This document shows positions 39,361-52,640 of a stretch of 64,000 bases of DNA, piece after piece; position 1 is the stretch's first letter; the number at the start of each line of letters is the position of its first letter. The notes below the pieces were generated by a model. That model was not told the DNA's origin. It searched no databases and worked only from the letters and a program-made list of their open reading frames with translations. Origin of the DNA: Octopus vulgaris (taxonomy: Eukaryota). The translations under genes were made by a program, and so were the position numbers. The DNA lies in the NCBI GenBank assembly GCA_951406725.2, contig OX597829.1, forward strand, positions 41,602,001-41,666,000, written 5' to 3'.

Positions 39361-41250
39361 ATATGGAAGACTACGCATGCAACAATCACTTCTTTCCTAC
39401 CCTGGAGTGTCTATAAATTTTCAAGAGAAGCTTACAAGTCACATGATTTAGCTGTCATAGCATGTATTCTGGCAGCATTCTCTGTTCACTTATCTGTTTT
39501 TGGTACACACACGCTAATTTCTACTTTTTTGTCTCCGTTTGTGTTTTTGTCATTATCAGTAATCTGGAGAACTCTTTGTTCTGATCTCCTTTGTTTCTAT
39601 ACAAAAAATACCATAAAAGTTAATAGAAATGGAACCGTAGATATTAGGGAGAATAGAAATATTTCCTGGAACAATGATGTTCTAAAGAGAATCTCCAAAA
39701 AAACTGATGCTGAGAAAATTTATAGAGATAAAAACAACACAGGAAATGATAACACTATAATAGAGGTAATTGGAAAGCATCTCAGAAACTTTGGCACTGG
39801 AATTATGATTGGTATTCTTCTATATATACGTATTGATCTGCTTGTTTTCTATACAGCTATTTTTTGCCCAGTATTATCTTGGTATATTTCCAAGTGGAGA
39901 TTGTTTTTTCAACAGTTTATAATCATTACTTTTGGCGTTCTCCTGGGAATCGTTATAGGAGCAATTGACGATTATTATACATATGGTAAATTTTTTATAA
40001 GCCCTAAACAGTGGTTTCTGTTTAACGTCATTTCAGACCATTCAAATATGTTTTTTGGTCAATTTAGCATTTCCTTTTACTTTATAAACATTGTATTACA
40101 TAACGCTGCTGTGATTTTGATGCTAGTCTTAACATTCCTGACAATCTTGGTAGTCAAAGTTAGAACGTTTAAAATATCAAATCCTTTTGTGTATCACTAT
40201 ACTAATACATCTTTATTTCTCAGTTCCTCTGCAATTATCGTATTATTCACATTCTCACTAAAAGGACACAAAGAAATGCGATTTTTGCATAATTTTGTCG
40301 TTCTTGTATTGATAGTCTATGCTAGTACACTGAAGACTATTTTGCACTGTATATGTTCAAAAGTAGTATCAAAAACCTCAAAAACTACTTTGAATTCATC
40401 TCTGGTTTTCTTGTTGTTGGTTTATGTGAAACACCAATGGAATTTATTTCCAAGTGGAAAGTCCACAGCTGATTGGTCATATTCAGATAACTTTGAATCT
40501 GGAAATATAAATCAATGCTTATATTATGTTCACCTTGAAGATGATGTAACAGGTGTCTTTTTAGATGAAAGTTTATACTTCAGTGGTGCTTATAGCCTTC
40601 TTCATAGAGATGTACCCTTCCTTCCTCTCATCCACATGGAATTTTATGAATTCAGCAAAGAGTCTAGAATCCCTATAAAATATCAATTTGAATGGTTAAA
40701 AGTTGATAAAGCTAATAAGCCTACAACCCACGTTAGTGTAATATCTAATATATCTGATTATGTATCAGTGCATAATACTCCATATCTAATAAAGAAGCTT
40801 ATGAAAAATAATGTTTATAATTATCTTATCGTTAAAAAATTCCAGAAATTTATTGATTTTGGTTTTAAGTTAGTTTTTCAATCAGGAATGATAAAAGTCT
40901 TTAAAAAAGTAAACAATATAACATCAAAGAAAAACTTCAAGGATTTCTTGAACCCATTTTCTTCTATATCAGAAAGTAATTTAACTCTTAACGATATTTT
41001 TCTTCATGAAGGTCACTTCTTGTATTCTTTAGGCCAGTATGAAAAGGCTGAGCAGCGGTTGTTAGCTGCGTTACAGTATGCACCCATAAGAGTGGCTACA
41101 TACCAGCTGCTATTTAATATATACCAAAATTTTGGTAAATTTAATGAGAGTAATCACTACTGGAATGTTTGTGCTAAACTATTTGGAGAAGAGGGATGCA
41201 GGAAACCTGTAGAATTTGTTGATTTGCAAAAACTTTCCAGTAACAGATAG
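39361..41250 (+). CDS. Terminal exon (629 codons plus stop) of the GT22 (PIG-B/ALG9-like) mannosyltransferase with a C-terminal TPR-like region
   Basis: Acceptor ctctttgtag|, open frame from 39361 (IWKTTHAT...). Many hydrophobic segments. Motifs GTHTL, YIRID, AIDDYYTYG..SPKQWFLFNV..HSNMFFG and GHKEMRFL (GT22 HKExRF). C-terminal GHFLYSLGQYEKAEQRLLAALQYAP is TPR-like. Confidence 0.85.
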   Translation: MWKTTHATITSFLPWSVYKFSREAYKSHDLAVIACILAAFSVHLSVFGTHTLISTFLSPFVFLSLSVIWRTLCSDLLCFYTKNTIKVNRNGTVDIRENRNISWNNDVLKRISKKTDAEKIYRDKNNTGNDNTIIEVIGKHLRNFGTGIMIGILLYIRIDLLVFYTAIFCPVLSWYISKWRLFFQQFIIITFGVLLGIVIGAIDDYYTYGKFFISPKQWFLFNVISDHSNMFFGQFSISFYFINIVLHNAAVILMLVLTFLTILVVKVRTFKISNPFVYHYTNTSLFLSSSAIIVLFTFSLKGHKEMRFLHNFVVLVLIVYASTLKTILHCICSKVVSKTSKTTLNSSLVFLLLVYVKHQWNLFPSGKSTADWSYSDNFESGNINQCLYYVHLEDDVTGVFLDESLYFSGAYSLLHRDVPFLPLIHMEFYEFSKESRIPIKYQFEWLKVDKANKPTTHVSVISNISDYVSVHNTPYLIKKLMKNNVYNYLIVKKFQKFIDFGFKLVFQSGMIKVFKKVNNITSKKNFKDFLNPFSSISESNLTLNDIFLHEGHFLYSLGQYEKAEQRLLAALQYAPIRVATYQLLFNIYQNFGKFNESNHYWNVCAKLFGEEGCRKPVEFVDLQKLSSNR

Positions 41251-41259
41251 CCACAAAGG

Positions 41260-41265
41260 AATAAA
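41260..41265 (+). terminator. Possible polyadenylation signal AATAAA
   Basis: AATAAA 10 nt after the TAG. No transcript evidence. Confidence 0.25.
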
Positions 41266-41779
41266 CCGATACATGGAACATCACACACACAGACACACAT
41301 ATACACTCATGCACACACACACACACACATACATGACACTCTCACACACATGCACACACACATTCTCACACACATATGCACTCATGTGCACATACACTCT
41401 CACTTGCGCAATGATTAGCAAATCATTTTTAATTAAGCTGTAGACAGTTAATTGGTTTTCCAGACAATCTGCCAATCAGTGTTCAGTGTGATTGCCAAAA
41501 ACAATTTGTCATCATCATTATTATCAGTATCTGCACCACCACCCTACACTGCTGCCATCGTCATCGTCATTGTCATCGTCGTTGTCGTTGTCATCGTCGT
41601 CGTCGTCGTCATCATCATCACTCTCCTCCTCCTTCTCCCATTTATCATCATTTTTACTTCTATTTTTCCAAGCTTGCATGAGTTGGATTGGTCTTTTTTT
41701 GAAACAGTATTTTGACAGTTGCTACATCTCTTTGTCATCTCCTCCACTAAGCCATCCTGCCTTCTATTTATTTAAAACA

Positions 41780-43070
41780 TTCTCCTTTGCTAAGCTTACC
41801 TTAAGACCTGTCAATTCTAATTTAGCTTCCATGCCTGGCATTTCACCTTTAATTCCCCTAGACATTCAGCTATAAGAACTAAGTCATCAGTATACGAGAG
41901 GTACCAAACAGAAACCAGAATTTTGCAATGTTATTTTATTTATTTATTTATTTACCCTTTTATCACCTTCAAAGTGTTCTCCATTTAAAGAAATGTACTG
42001 GTCCAGACACGTTTTGCACTATTCAAAGCAGCCCTGGAACTCTTTGCAAAGTGATGCCTCCTAACACCTCTGTCATTTTTTTCTTCACCTCATCCACATC
42101 TACAAATTCCATACCATCAGGTTTTATTACTGCTGATGAACTTTGAAAAAAACAGTTCAGATCAACTTCCAATTCTTCTTTCAGTTCATGACACACATTC
42201 AGTCACGACTGCTTCTGATCTTCCATAAGGAAATGAGGCACAAATTTTACTGCAGCATTTTTTGTTTGCAATTCCTCACTCAAAATTCATTGGGAGGAGC
42301 CAGTCATATCAACAAGTTCATCAGTCATTGAGTGATAGTCCTCAGAGATCAGTTCATGAATTTTCATGATGTTTTCATTCATTTGGAAGGTCAACGGTCG
42401 TCCTGAATGAGATTGGTCTTCAAGCGACAGGTGACCATTACTAAAACATAGGAACTATTCGTAAACTTGTGTTTTGCCCATGGCAGCATTCTTGTAATCT
42501 GTTTGAAGCATGACAACTGTTTTGGCTACTGTTTTCCCCAGCAGAAAACAGAATTTTGCTGAAGCATCTTATTCCTTTGTTTCAGCCATTGCAAAAATTG
42601 ACAAACAGGGGAGACACACTACAAAACAAAAACATACCATGTGACAGTACAGCATCACCTGATGACACTGGTCAGCAGACCGATGCCTGAGGCTTACATC
42701 AAATGGTTTCTAGTGACAGAAGCTTGAACTGCAACTGGTTCGTCCCACAGAGAACATTTCCAGTTACTTTTGGGTATCCCCTCGTATAAGACATCCCAAA
42801 GACATCTAGTCTTAAACTCCTGTGTGATGGTGTGCAGGACTATGAGGAATAGGAGAAGACTGTGGAGTGAACCTTGATGAATACCTACCTTCACTTTAAT
42901 TTATCACTGAAATTGTTGTTGATTCTCACTTTTCTCCTTGCATTTTTGTATGTAGTTCGCATAGCTCTTACAAGCAGTTTGTCTATATTGGTGTCTTCAA
43001 TGACCACAAAATTATTGAATGTAGTTCTCTAACAAACATTTTCTCCAGATCAATGAAAGCCAGGAAAAGC
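41780..43070 (-). pseudogene. Degenerate RTE RT fragment split by a mariner element
   Basis: KVGIHQGS...WDVL-Y lies on one side of 41895-42784 and Y-TDDLVLIAE on the other. Confidence 0.75.
41895..42784 (-). mobile_element. Internally deleted mariner element with TA TSD
   Basis: TIRs TA|cgagaggtaccaaacagaaaccagaa and ttccagttacttttgggtatcccctcg|TA. Transposase N-terminus MAETKE*DASAKFCFLLGK on the minus strand. Confidence 0.8.
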
Positions 43071-43787
43071 TGTATACCTACCTATCTACCCACCTACCTA
43101 CCTACCTACCTACCTATCTACCCACCTACATACCCACCTACCTTTCTACCCACCTACCTACCTACCTACCTACCTACCTACCTACCTACCTACCTATCTA
43201 CCCACCTACCTACCTACCTACCTACCTACCCACATACCTACCTACCTACCTATCTATCTACCCACCTACCTACCTACCTACCTACCTACCTACCCACCTA
43301 CCTACCTACCTACTTACACACATACATACATACCTACTTACACACATACATACATTATCTACCCACCTACTTACCCACCTACCTACCTATCTACCCACCT
43401 ACCTACTCACCTACCTACCTACCTACATACATACCTACCTACCTATCTACCCACTTACCTACCTACCTACCTACCTACCTACCCACCTACCTACCTACCT
43501 ACTTACACACATACATACATACATTATCTACCCACCTACCTACCTACCCACCTACCTACCTACCTACCCACCTACCTACCTACCCACCTACCTACCTATC
43601 CACCTACCTACCTATCTATCTACTCACCTACCTACCTACCTACCTACCCACCTACCTACTTACATACATACATACATTATCTACCCACCTACCTACCTAC
43701 CCACCTATCTACCCACCTACCTACCCAATCCCACCTATCTATCTACCTACCTACCCACCTGCATACATACATACCTACATATATACC

Positions 43788-44836
43788 TACATAATCTTCT
43801 CTCTTCGCTCTTATACGCCATTTGGTCTCAACTCTCCCCCCCCCCCTCCTCATCTAACCCCCCTCTCCCCCCTCCTCACCTATCCTTTCTCCCCCCGACC
43901 CCTACTTCTTCAGTCCTTCATCCTTTCACCCCTACTTCCCTTCCCTTCTTCCCTCTTTCTCCCTCCCTCTTCCCCTTCCCTCTGCTCCCTCACTCCCTCT
44001 CTCCCCTTCTCTCTCCCCCTCTCCCTCTTTCCTCCTTCATCCCCCTCCTCACCTTCCTTCTCCCCCATCGTCTCCTCTTCCCCCTTCTCCTCCCCCTCTT
44101 CTTCCCCTCCCCTTCTCTCCTCCCCCTCCCCCTCTTCTCCTCACTACACCACATGACTTTACACATCACATCACATATGATGTGCCATACTAATACACAC
44201 ACCAACTAATACATACTAATACGTACTAATACATACTAGTACATACTAATACTTACACCAACCCTATACATACACACGTCCAGACCCCGCATACGCACTT
44301 ATACTCTCTCACACACACACACACACACACCTATACATACCAATACGTACTAATACATACTAATACATACTAATACATACACCAACCCCATACATACGCA
44401 CGTCCAGACCAATCTTACGCACTAATACTCTCTCATACACACACACACACACACACACACCCTTATACATACTAATACATACACCAACCCTATACATACA
44501 CACATCCAGACCCCTCCCACGCACTTTTAGCTGGTCCCTCAACCCTTTTATCAACCCTATTATCTCCCCTTATTTCGCTCTCGCGTCTCATGTTTGATCT
44601 TTGACCTCTGGCCGAAATCAGATCGCCATGTTGATTCGTTAGCTACTGCACGCATTTTTTTTCTCTCCTTCTTTCTGTGTTTTTCTCTCTCTGTGTATCT
44701 TTCTGTTGAAGAGCGTAGGCTCGAAACGTTAAAGACTTGTTTTATTTATATTTCCTGAGCGCCATACTAATACAATTGTTCGTTTGTTTTCCACCTGCCT
44801 TCGTCTTTTGTTTATTTTCATAAAGCTTCCCATTAT
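43788..44836 (+). mobile_element. Penelope-like 3' end (last GIY-YIG codons plus pyrimidine-rich pLTR)
   Basis: IIFSLRSYTPFGLN resembles the PLE endonuclease C-terminus (I..L....P.GLN). Hammerhead-like motif at 44698-44735. Confidence 0.65.
44698..44735 (+). ncRNA. Minimal hammerhead-like motif with A6U change
   Basis: tcttt-CTGTTGA-a-gagc gtag gctc-GAAAC-GTT-aaaga. 5-bp stem I, 4-bp stem II, ACGU palindromic stem III. Confidence 0.55.
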
Positions 44837-45227
44837 ATACCTACATATATACATACATTATCTACCCACCTACCCTACCAACCCAATCCCACCTACCTAC
44901 CTACCTACCTACCTACCTACCTACCTACCTACCTACCTACCTACCTACCTACCTACCTACCTACCTACCTACATACATACATACCTACATACATATCTAC
45001 CTAACTACCTACATATATGCATACATATCTACCTACCTACCCACCTACCTACCTACATATCTACCTACATACATACATACATACATACATACATGCATAC
45101 ATACACACGTGTATATTCATATATACACATAATACATATATATATATATATATTTATATATACACACACACACACACGTATATATATATATACACTTGAA
45201 CACATACATGCTTATACGTATGTGTGT

Positions 45228-45555
45228 GAGTGAAAGCACATGGCTTAGTGCTTAGGGTGTTTGGCACATGGTCACAAGGTCGTGTGTTCGATTCCTGGCA
45301 ATGCCTTGTGTCTTTGAGCAAGACACTTTATTTCATGTTGCTCAAGTCTACTCAACTGGCAAACATGAGTAGTACCTGTAATTCACGAGGGGTCATCCAT
45401 GTCACACTCTGTGTTACACCGAATTTCCCTGAGAATGATGTTGAGGGTATGTGTGTCTGAGGTATGCTCAGCCACTTGCATGTTAATTTCACAGGCAAGC
45501 ACTTCTGTTGGTTGGATCAACTAGAACCCTCATTGTTGTAACTGATGGAGTGCCA
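45228..45555 (+). mobile_element. Degenerate tRNA-derived SINE
   Basis: tggcttagtgcttagg A-box-like and gttcgattcc B-box motifs, tctttgagcaagacact core. Confidence 0.6.
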
Positions 45556-47047
45556 CATATGCATGTGTGTGTGTGTATCCTTATGCATGTGTGTGCGTGT
45601 GTGCACACATGAATGCGTGTGTGTGTGTGTGTATGTGCTATAACTTAAACTTTTGTAAAACTATGTTTACGTTTGGTTAATTATAATGTTCAGCACATAA
45701 TTACACTATCCATACTATACCTCTGTATTACAATGTTGGCTGTATATTTATTTCTTTACTACCTGCAAGGGGTTAAACGCAGAGGAGACAAACAAGGACA
45801 GACAAAGGGATTAAGTCGATTATATCGACCCCATTGCGTAACTGGTACTTAATTTATCGACCCCGGAAGGATGAAAGGCAAAGTCGACCTCGGCGAAATT
45901 TGAACTCGGAACGTAACGGCAGACAAAATACGGCAACGCATTTCGCCCGGCATGCTAACGTTTCTGCCAGCTCGCCGCCTTATATCATTTCACTACCCAT
46001 ACTACATCACAGTATTATAATGTTTAGTACACTGCATTTTACTATTCACACAACACCTTTGTATTATAATGTTCAATATGCATTATGTCACTAACCATGT
46101 TATCATCATCATCATCGTCATCATCATTTAGCATCCGCTTTCCATGCTAGCATGGGTTGGACGGGTCAACTGGGGTCTGTGAAGCTGGAAGGCTTCGTCA
46201 GGCCCAGTCAGATCTGGCAGTATTTCTACGGCTGGATGCCCTTCCTAACGCCAACCACTCCGCGAGTGTAGTGGGTGTTTTTTACGTGCCACCTGCACAG
46301 GTGCCAGACAGAGCTGGCAAACGGCCACAAACGGATGGTGCTTTTACGTGTCACCGGCACAGGGCCAGGCGATGCTGGCAACGGACACGAATGGATGGTG
46401 CTTTTACGTGCCACCGACACAGGGCCAGACAGAGCTGGCAAACGGCCACGAACGGACGGTGCTTTTACGTGTCACCGGCACGGGGGCCAGCCGAGTATTA
46501 TAATGTTAGGTATGTACTATGTCCATACTAACCATGCTGTATCACAACATTACATAGGTGAATACACATTATGTTTCTCATGCATAACTTAATGTTTTAA
46601 TCCCTTAGCAGTTAAATAGGTTATGTCCACTCTAAATATTCTACCTGTGTTGTGTTCGAACCAGCCAGATCTTACCTCTTGGATCTATTTTATGATGTCG
46701 TTCTGAAAATAAACGATCATATCATCAAAACCTTGAAGCTATGAAAGATAATACATGATTAATTTAAAACAATGTGAATAAATAAGCATTACATTTGACA
46801 GAGTAATTTGAATGCTAAAGGATTAATACAATCTGTTTAAGTATTACCCATTTATTTCACTGGATGTTCTGTCAACCACAAATCTGTTTATAAATCACAC
46901 ATAATTTCTTTAATTTGTTCATAATTCAAATAACAATAAAACAATTAACCGAAAAAAAAGAAGCAATTGTTGCTGTACATTTTTTTTTACAAATTAAGGC
47001 TTAATTGATTTAACATATTTTGTATTATTGGAGTGTCTTATATATTA

Positions 47048-47430
47048 AACGAGCACCCCATCCCCTACCCCGTCAAATGGACAGTGCTGAATTGTCAAAA
47101 CATTTAAACCAAATTTTGTCAAAACAACTTGTCTGACCGTCCCATAGGCCTCTCCTTGACCTAAATTTGAGACACCAGCAAAAGAAGAGATAAAGATTTT
47201 TCTTGTGTACGCATAGTATCGATTGCAACAGTTGATGTACATGCACATACAAATGCACGTTTCCACAGCTTTATCGATCGCATTCTCACCTGGAATAGAT
47301 TTTTGTAATTTTAGCAGGCTTATACACGCCCTGATACAATCAGTATCTACATGTCAAATTTGAGCGCAATCGGATGGAGGATGCCCGAGACACACACACA
47401 CAGACAGACAGAACAGATTTTATATATTAA
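47048..47430 (-). mobile_element. Non-autonomous Helitron-like element; second copy at ~58733-59115
   Basis: The two copies align. The minus strand starts tatataaaatc..tgtctgtctgtgtg and ends with the hairpin ccgtccattggacgg followed by CTCG-T. Confidence 0.6.
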
Positions 47431-49093
47431 ACTGACCAGCTCACAACAGCTGCCTAATTTTGAGACACTGCCCTTAAAATAGGGGCCATATATTTTAATT
47501 CATAAATCTAAGTGCATTTAATCTTACAATAAAGATTAAGTGGTAAGTGGCTACAGCTTGACCAGATTCAATGATGAAATTAGTGTTTAATCTAGTCATG
47601 AACAACCTGCAGTTTGCTGGACATGCTGAATGGGGTACCTAATGAAAAATAACTTTGAATTTCTCCTACAACCCTGTTATCACAAAAGGTTGCCTATGGC
47701 TGGTTGAATTTATTCTCAATTGATGTGTAATATGACACGTTGTCTGAGTGAATCAAGAATTCTGAAACAAAGACAAAATTGGTAGAGATATTGGATACCT
47801 TGCTTGCTGACAAAAAGATTAACTAAGAGGGATTTAAAGCACATAAAACTAAGTGCCAGGATCTGGGACACATTTCTCAGCGGTGGTGCCCCAGTATAGC
47901 CGCAGCCTTCGGGCTAAAACATTTTTAAGGATTTAAGGATTTATCCGTCAGTTTGCGAGCCAAAGTTGAAGCAATTGACAGGAAGTGCAGTTGTGCAAAG
48001 GAAAATACTTTTATGAACATTAGTGGTATTTTATACGAAGGCCTTTGAAGGAAAATCACAATCACAGTTAGGGATCTACATATGTTGGCATTGTCAGAAA
48101 TGCAACATATGTTTAATCTTCAATGTTTTTTTCCTATCACCAATGTGTTCAAAGTCCTCAGAATGACCATTGATCTTTGCTTACCTGATCATGTATGGTA
48201 CACCCAATTGTAACAGGATGAAAGTCTCAGGAATACTTGAGGGGTATGGTCTTATCCTGTTACATTCAATTGTGTCGAAAGGAAAACTAAAACTTCAACT
48301 ATCTTCAGCTGCAATAAATAATACTTTATTTTGGTCTGGATTCGCAAATAAAATATATACACATATATTTTCTTCAGGGCGAACCGGTAGCCAAGTCCAT
48401 AAAACTATTCACAATAGCTAACTTGTGTGAGCCAAAATGCTGTCTCCGTTCCCGTGTAGAAGGGGGCTTCTCTACATGTTGGGTTTTCCTTGAGAGAAGG
48501 TTGAGTCGTGTCCACTCGATAGAGCTGCAGCTTCAAAAGTACCGATCTAGCGGGAAAACTTTCTGTTGGCAGTTCTCTGTGCATGCGCATGAGGGAACTT
48601 CTGGCGGCCTACTGGAAGTAATCCAACTCTGCACATGTGCGCTGAATACTTCGAAAATAGCGTCACTACAAGTTGTAGTCATTAAATATACCAAACTGCA
48701 GCCTGTCATCAAAGTGGTACAAGCATCTTGTCCACAACATATAAACTTAAAAATAAAGAAATAACTAATGTTACTTTGAAATAGCATTGCAACCACATGA
48801 TCAGGAGCTGAACAATAAGGGTTCAAACAACTAGAAGGCATTTTGAATTACTCTACTCTGTCTCTGAACATGTAAGGAGGTGGATGCATTCCAATTACCC
48901 ATGAAACTTCAAGTAATGCTCAGCTTAGTCAAACTGTTATTAAATACATGTAACTCCAACCAAATACGTTGTGTGCAACTTTCTTTCATTTGTTCACTTA
49001 TTGTACATGCATACACATGCATATAAATACATATATATGTACATAACAGTTTAGGTAGGTGTAAAGTACACACACACATATTTATATATATAT

Positions 49094-49459
49094 ATAATCA
49101 AAATAAGCAACAAGGATATCTAAGGTAGTGTAGTACAATCGTTTCATGCTCTCTGTCTATATATCTACCCTCTTTGTAATGTTGGCAAATGAAATAAGTA
49201 TAAAAATGTGCATTGTCTGTTTAATTAAAAAATTCTATATGTGGCTGAAGATTGCTCGACATTTTAAAACTGATGTAATACTTACAGTGTTTAATAAAAT
49301 GAAGTAGCATGAAACGATTGTACTACACTACCTTGGATATCCTTGTTACTTATTTTGATTATAATCACCCCATTTGATTTATATGGATAATATAAATATA
49401 CCAAATTCTGGTGCCTTTAACCTAAGTACCATATTCATCTGAATCTAAATTTTGCTGAA

Positions 49460-49460
<1 letters not shown>
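49094..49460 (+). mobile_element. Miniature Penelope-like element: pLTR with hammerhead, preceded by an inverted partial copy
   Basis: 49094-49150 is the reverse complement of 49306-49363 (about 57 bp). Flanked by (TA)n. Confidence 0.65.
49240..49327 (+). ncRNA. Type I hammerhead ribozyme motif with intact core
   Basis: tgtgg-CTGAAGA-ttgct..agcat-GAAAC-gatt-GTA-ctaca. Confidence 0.65.
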
Positions 49461-49543
<83 letters not shown>

Positions 49544-51831
49544 TGGTTAATTTCAAGAATTTGAAAATTTTTGAGAGAATGTGAAATAATTCCTTTTTTG
49601 AATAGTGGATCTCAAAGCACATAAAGCTATAAATAATAGCATGTAGATATTGGGTTGAAAACCCCTTTGGATAGAAAAAATTAATGGCTGACTGTAGAGC
49701 ATGAACCCACACTTGTAATCATGACAGAAGTGTTTTCCTACTTCATATGTACATGCTATATAGTTTTATGTGGTTTGAGAATTTTTCAGACGAAAAAAAA
49801 TTTAGTTAAGATACCCGTGCCGGTGACACGTTAAAAGCACCATCCGAACGTGACAGTTGCCAGCGCTGCCTGACTGGCATCCGTATTGGTGACACGTAAA
49901 AGCACCAACCGATCGTGGCCGTTTGCCAGCCTCCCCTGGCACTTGTGCCGGTGGCATGTAAAAAGCAGCCACTACACTCATGGAGAGGTTGGCATTAGGA
50001 AGGGCATCCAGCTGTAGAATCACTGCCAGATCAGACTGGAGCCTGGTGCGGCCTCCTGGCTTCCCAGACCCCAGTTGAACCGTCCAACCCATGCTAACAT
50101 GGAAAACGGACGTTAAACGATGATGATGATGATGACCCATACATGCGTGTGTTTTAGTTTCCAGTTTCCTACACAAACATGGGCAGCAGAATTGTAAAAT
50201 TTGAAAATAAATTGCAATAAAACTGAATTAAAAAATAACTTATAACTTTGATTCATCTTTAGTTCATGGCTTGTTCATCACTATTTCCAACAGTTTTATG
50301 AATCTAAGTAAAGAATTATCTCTCAGACCAAGAACCAAAACTGGTTTATAAATCTCAGCTTGTATCCTTTACACAAAACAGTGCTCTAAATATTTGGAAT
50401 ACTTTTAAAAATTAAGGAGCAAATTTGGCTACATGGCTGAGAAGATTGCTTCCGAACCACACGATCAAATTCTTGATAATCAGGTTTGTTGCTTAAAATG
50501 TATCTCAATTATTGTAACATTAAATATTTGTTATGTTAAAGGCAAATATTGAAGCTTGCTTGTTAAACATGATAACTTCAAGTATGTTTATCTAGCAACG
50601 TAACTTTTTTTTTTTAAACGATTTGACATATTTCTTGCAACTCTCAACTAGTTTCTAAATAAGCGTCAGAGGAGTGGCTACTATCAGGAATCAAAACCTT
50701 ACAACATTATTCAACATTTGAATACTCAGATTTGTTTGCTTTACAGTGTGTGGTTCCAAATTTATTCTAAATTATGGACAATAATCTGTATACATGTATG
50801 CTGAAAAACCTATTTTCTATCAAGAAGTGCATGTGACCCATTTCAGGGCTTTTATGAGTTATTTAATGCAATCAATAATGATGGATTTCTTGTATATGTG
50901 AGTGTGCATATACATACATACATATATATATATGTATGTAAACTCTCCTTATATATATATATATATTACCTTTTCAATAGTCAAGACTAATAAGTGGAAA
51001 TTTTACCAGTGAGTGTGTTACATTATAAGGCACAAAAAGAAAATGACTCTCCCCAGACACAACAGCACATATATATACATATATATATACATACATACAT
51101 ATATATATATACACACACACACGTACATATGTATGTATACATACATCATCATCACCATCGTTTAACATCTACTTTCCATGCTGACATGGGTTAGACGGTT
51201 TGATTGAGGACTGGCAAGCCAGTAGGCTGCACCAAGTTCCAATCTGATCAGGCAAGGTTTCTACAGCTGGATGCCTTTCCTAATACCAACTGCTCTGAGA
51301 GAGTGGTGGGTACTTTTTACATGTCACTGCACAGGAGCCAGTCAAGGTGGCACTGGCATCGACCACATTCAGATACTGCTTTTTACGTTTCACTGGCACA
51401 GGGAGCCAGTTAGGCAGCACTGGCATTGGCCATGACTATGATTTCACTTGACCCAACAGGTCTTCTCGTCACAGCTGTGATCTCACTTTACTCATATATG
51501 TGTGTATGTGTATGAGTATGTGTATATATATATCATCATCATCGTTTAACGTCCGCTTTCCATGCTGGCATGGGTTGGACGGTTTGACTTAGGACTGGCG
51601 AGCCAGAAGGCTGCACAATATATATATCTTTTACTTGTTTCTGTCATTTGACTGTGGCCATGCTGGAGCACCGTCTTTTAGTTGAGCAAATTGATCCCAG
51701 GACTTATTCTTTGGAAGCCTAGTACTTAATCTATCGGTCTCTTCTGCTGAATCGGTAAATTACGGGGGGACGTAAACATACCAGCATTGGTTGTCAAGTG
51801 ATGTTTGGGGGACAAAGACAGACACACAAAC

Positions 51832-51863
<32 letters not shown>

Positions 51864-52082
51864 GTAAGATGGGCTTCTTTCAGTTTCCATCTACCAAATC
51901 CACTCACAAGGCTTTGGTTGGCCCGCGGCTATGGTAGAAGACATTTGTCCAAGGTGCCATGCAATGGGACTGAACCCTGAACCATGTGGTTCTTAAGCAA
52001 GCTATTTACCACACAGCCACTCCATATATATATAAATCAGCAATTGGTATACAGAAACTGCAAGAAACCTGTTGTGTATGTG

Positions 52083-52132
<50 letters not shown>

Positions 52133-52595
52133 ATGTGAGGGGGATAGGTAGAGATGAGAAGGTAAGGAGTGAATAAGTGTGAGATAAGAGAGTAGGGGTG
52201 ATGTGATAGACCTGCATTAAGGATGGGTAGAGAAAAGGTATGGGTGGGGTGATACCAAAGTGAGTAATAGTTTTAGTAGTAAAATTTAAAGTGGAGGGAA
52301 GAATACAAAGATGTCAAATTTCTATAAATAGATGTATGTGATTGTATAGTTTTTAGTGTGGTAGGTAGGAATTACACTGTGCGAACCACCTCTTATTCTT
52401 CTCCATTTTCTTATTTGCTATATAAATTAATGGCAAAATATCTCTTTACATTTACCCATTTAATACACTAGGTAATGTAATTGCAATGCAATAAAAAACA
52501 CTTGTGTATTAATAGTTGGGTATTCTACCAGCAATATATTGGATAGATATTATCCCTTATTGGGTTGGATTCACAACCTCTAATTTTCTTGGAGT

Positions 52596-52637
<42 letters not shown>

Positions 52638-52640
<3 letters not shown>

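Larger units (their letters stand above)
43072..45190. repeat. (CCTA)n/(CATA)n arrays flanking a Penelope-like 3' end
   Basis: Arrays at 43072-43790 and 44840-45190. Confidence 0.9.

Noticed and set aside
43053-44156. 367-aa PTYL-repeat ORF
   Set aside because: (CCTA)n tetranucleotide translation. Only the short IIFSLRSYTPFGLN segment is meaningful (Penelope remnant).
52461-52512. Hairpin aatacac..gtgtatt enclosing ttgc/gcaa, hammerhead-like geometry
   Set aside because: Core nucleotides CUGANGA and GAAA are not recognisable.
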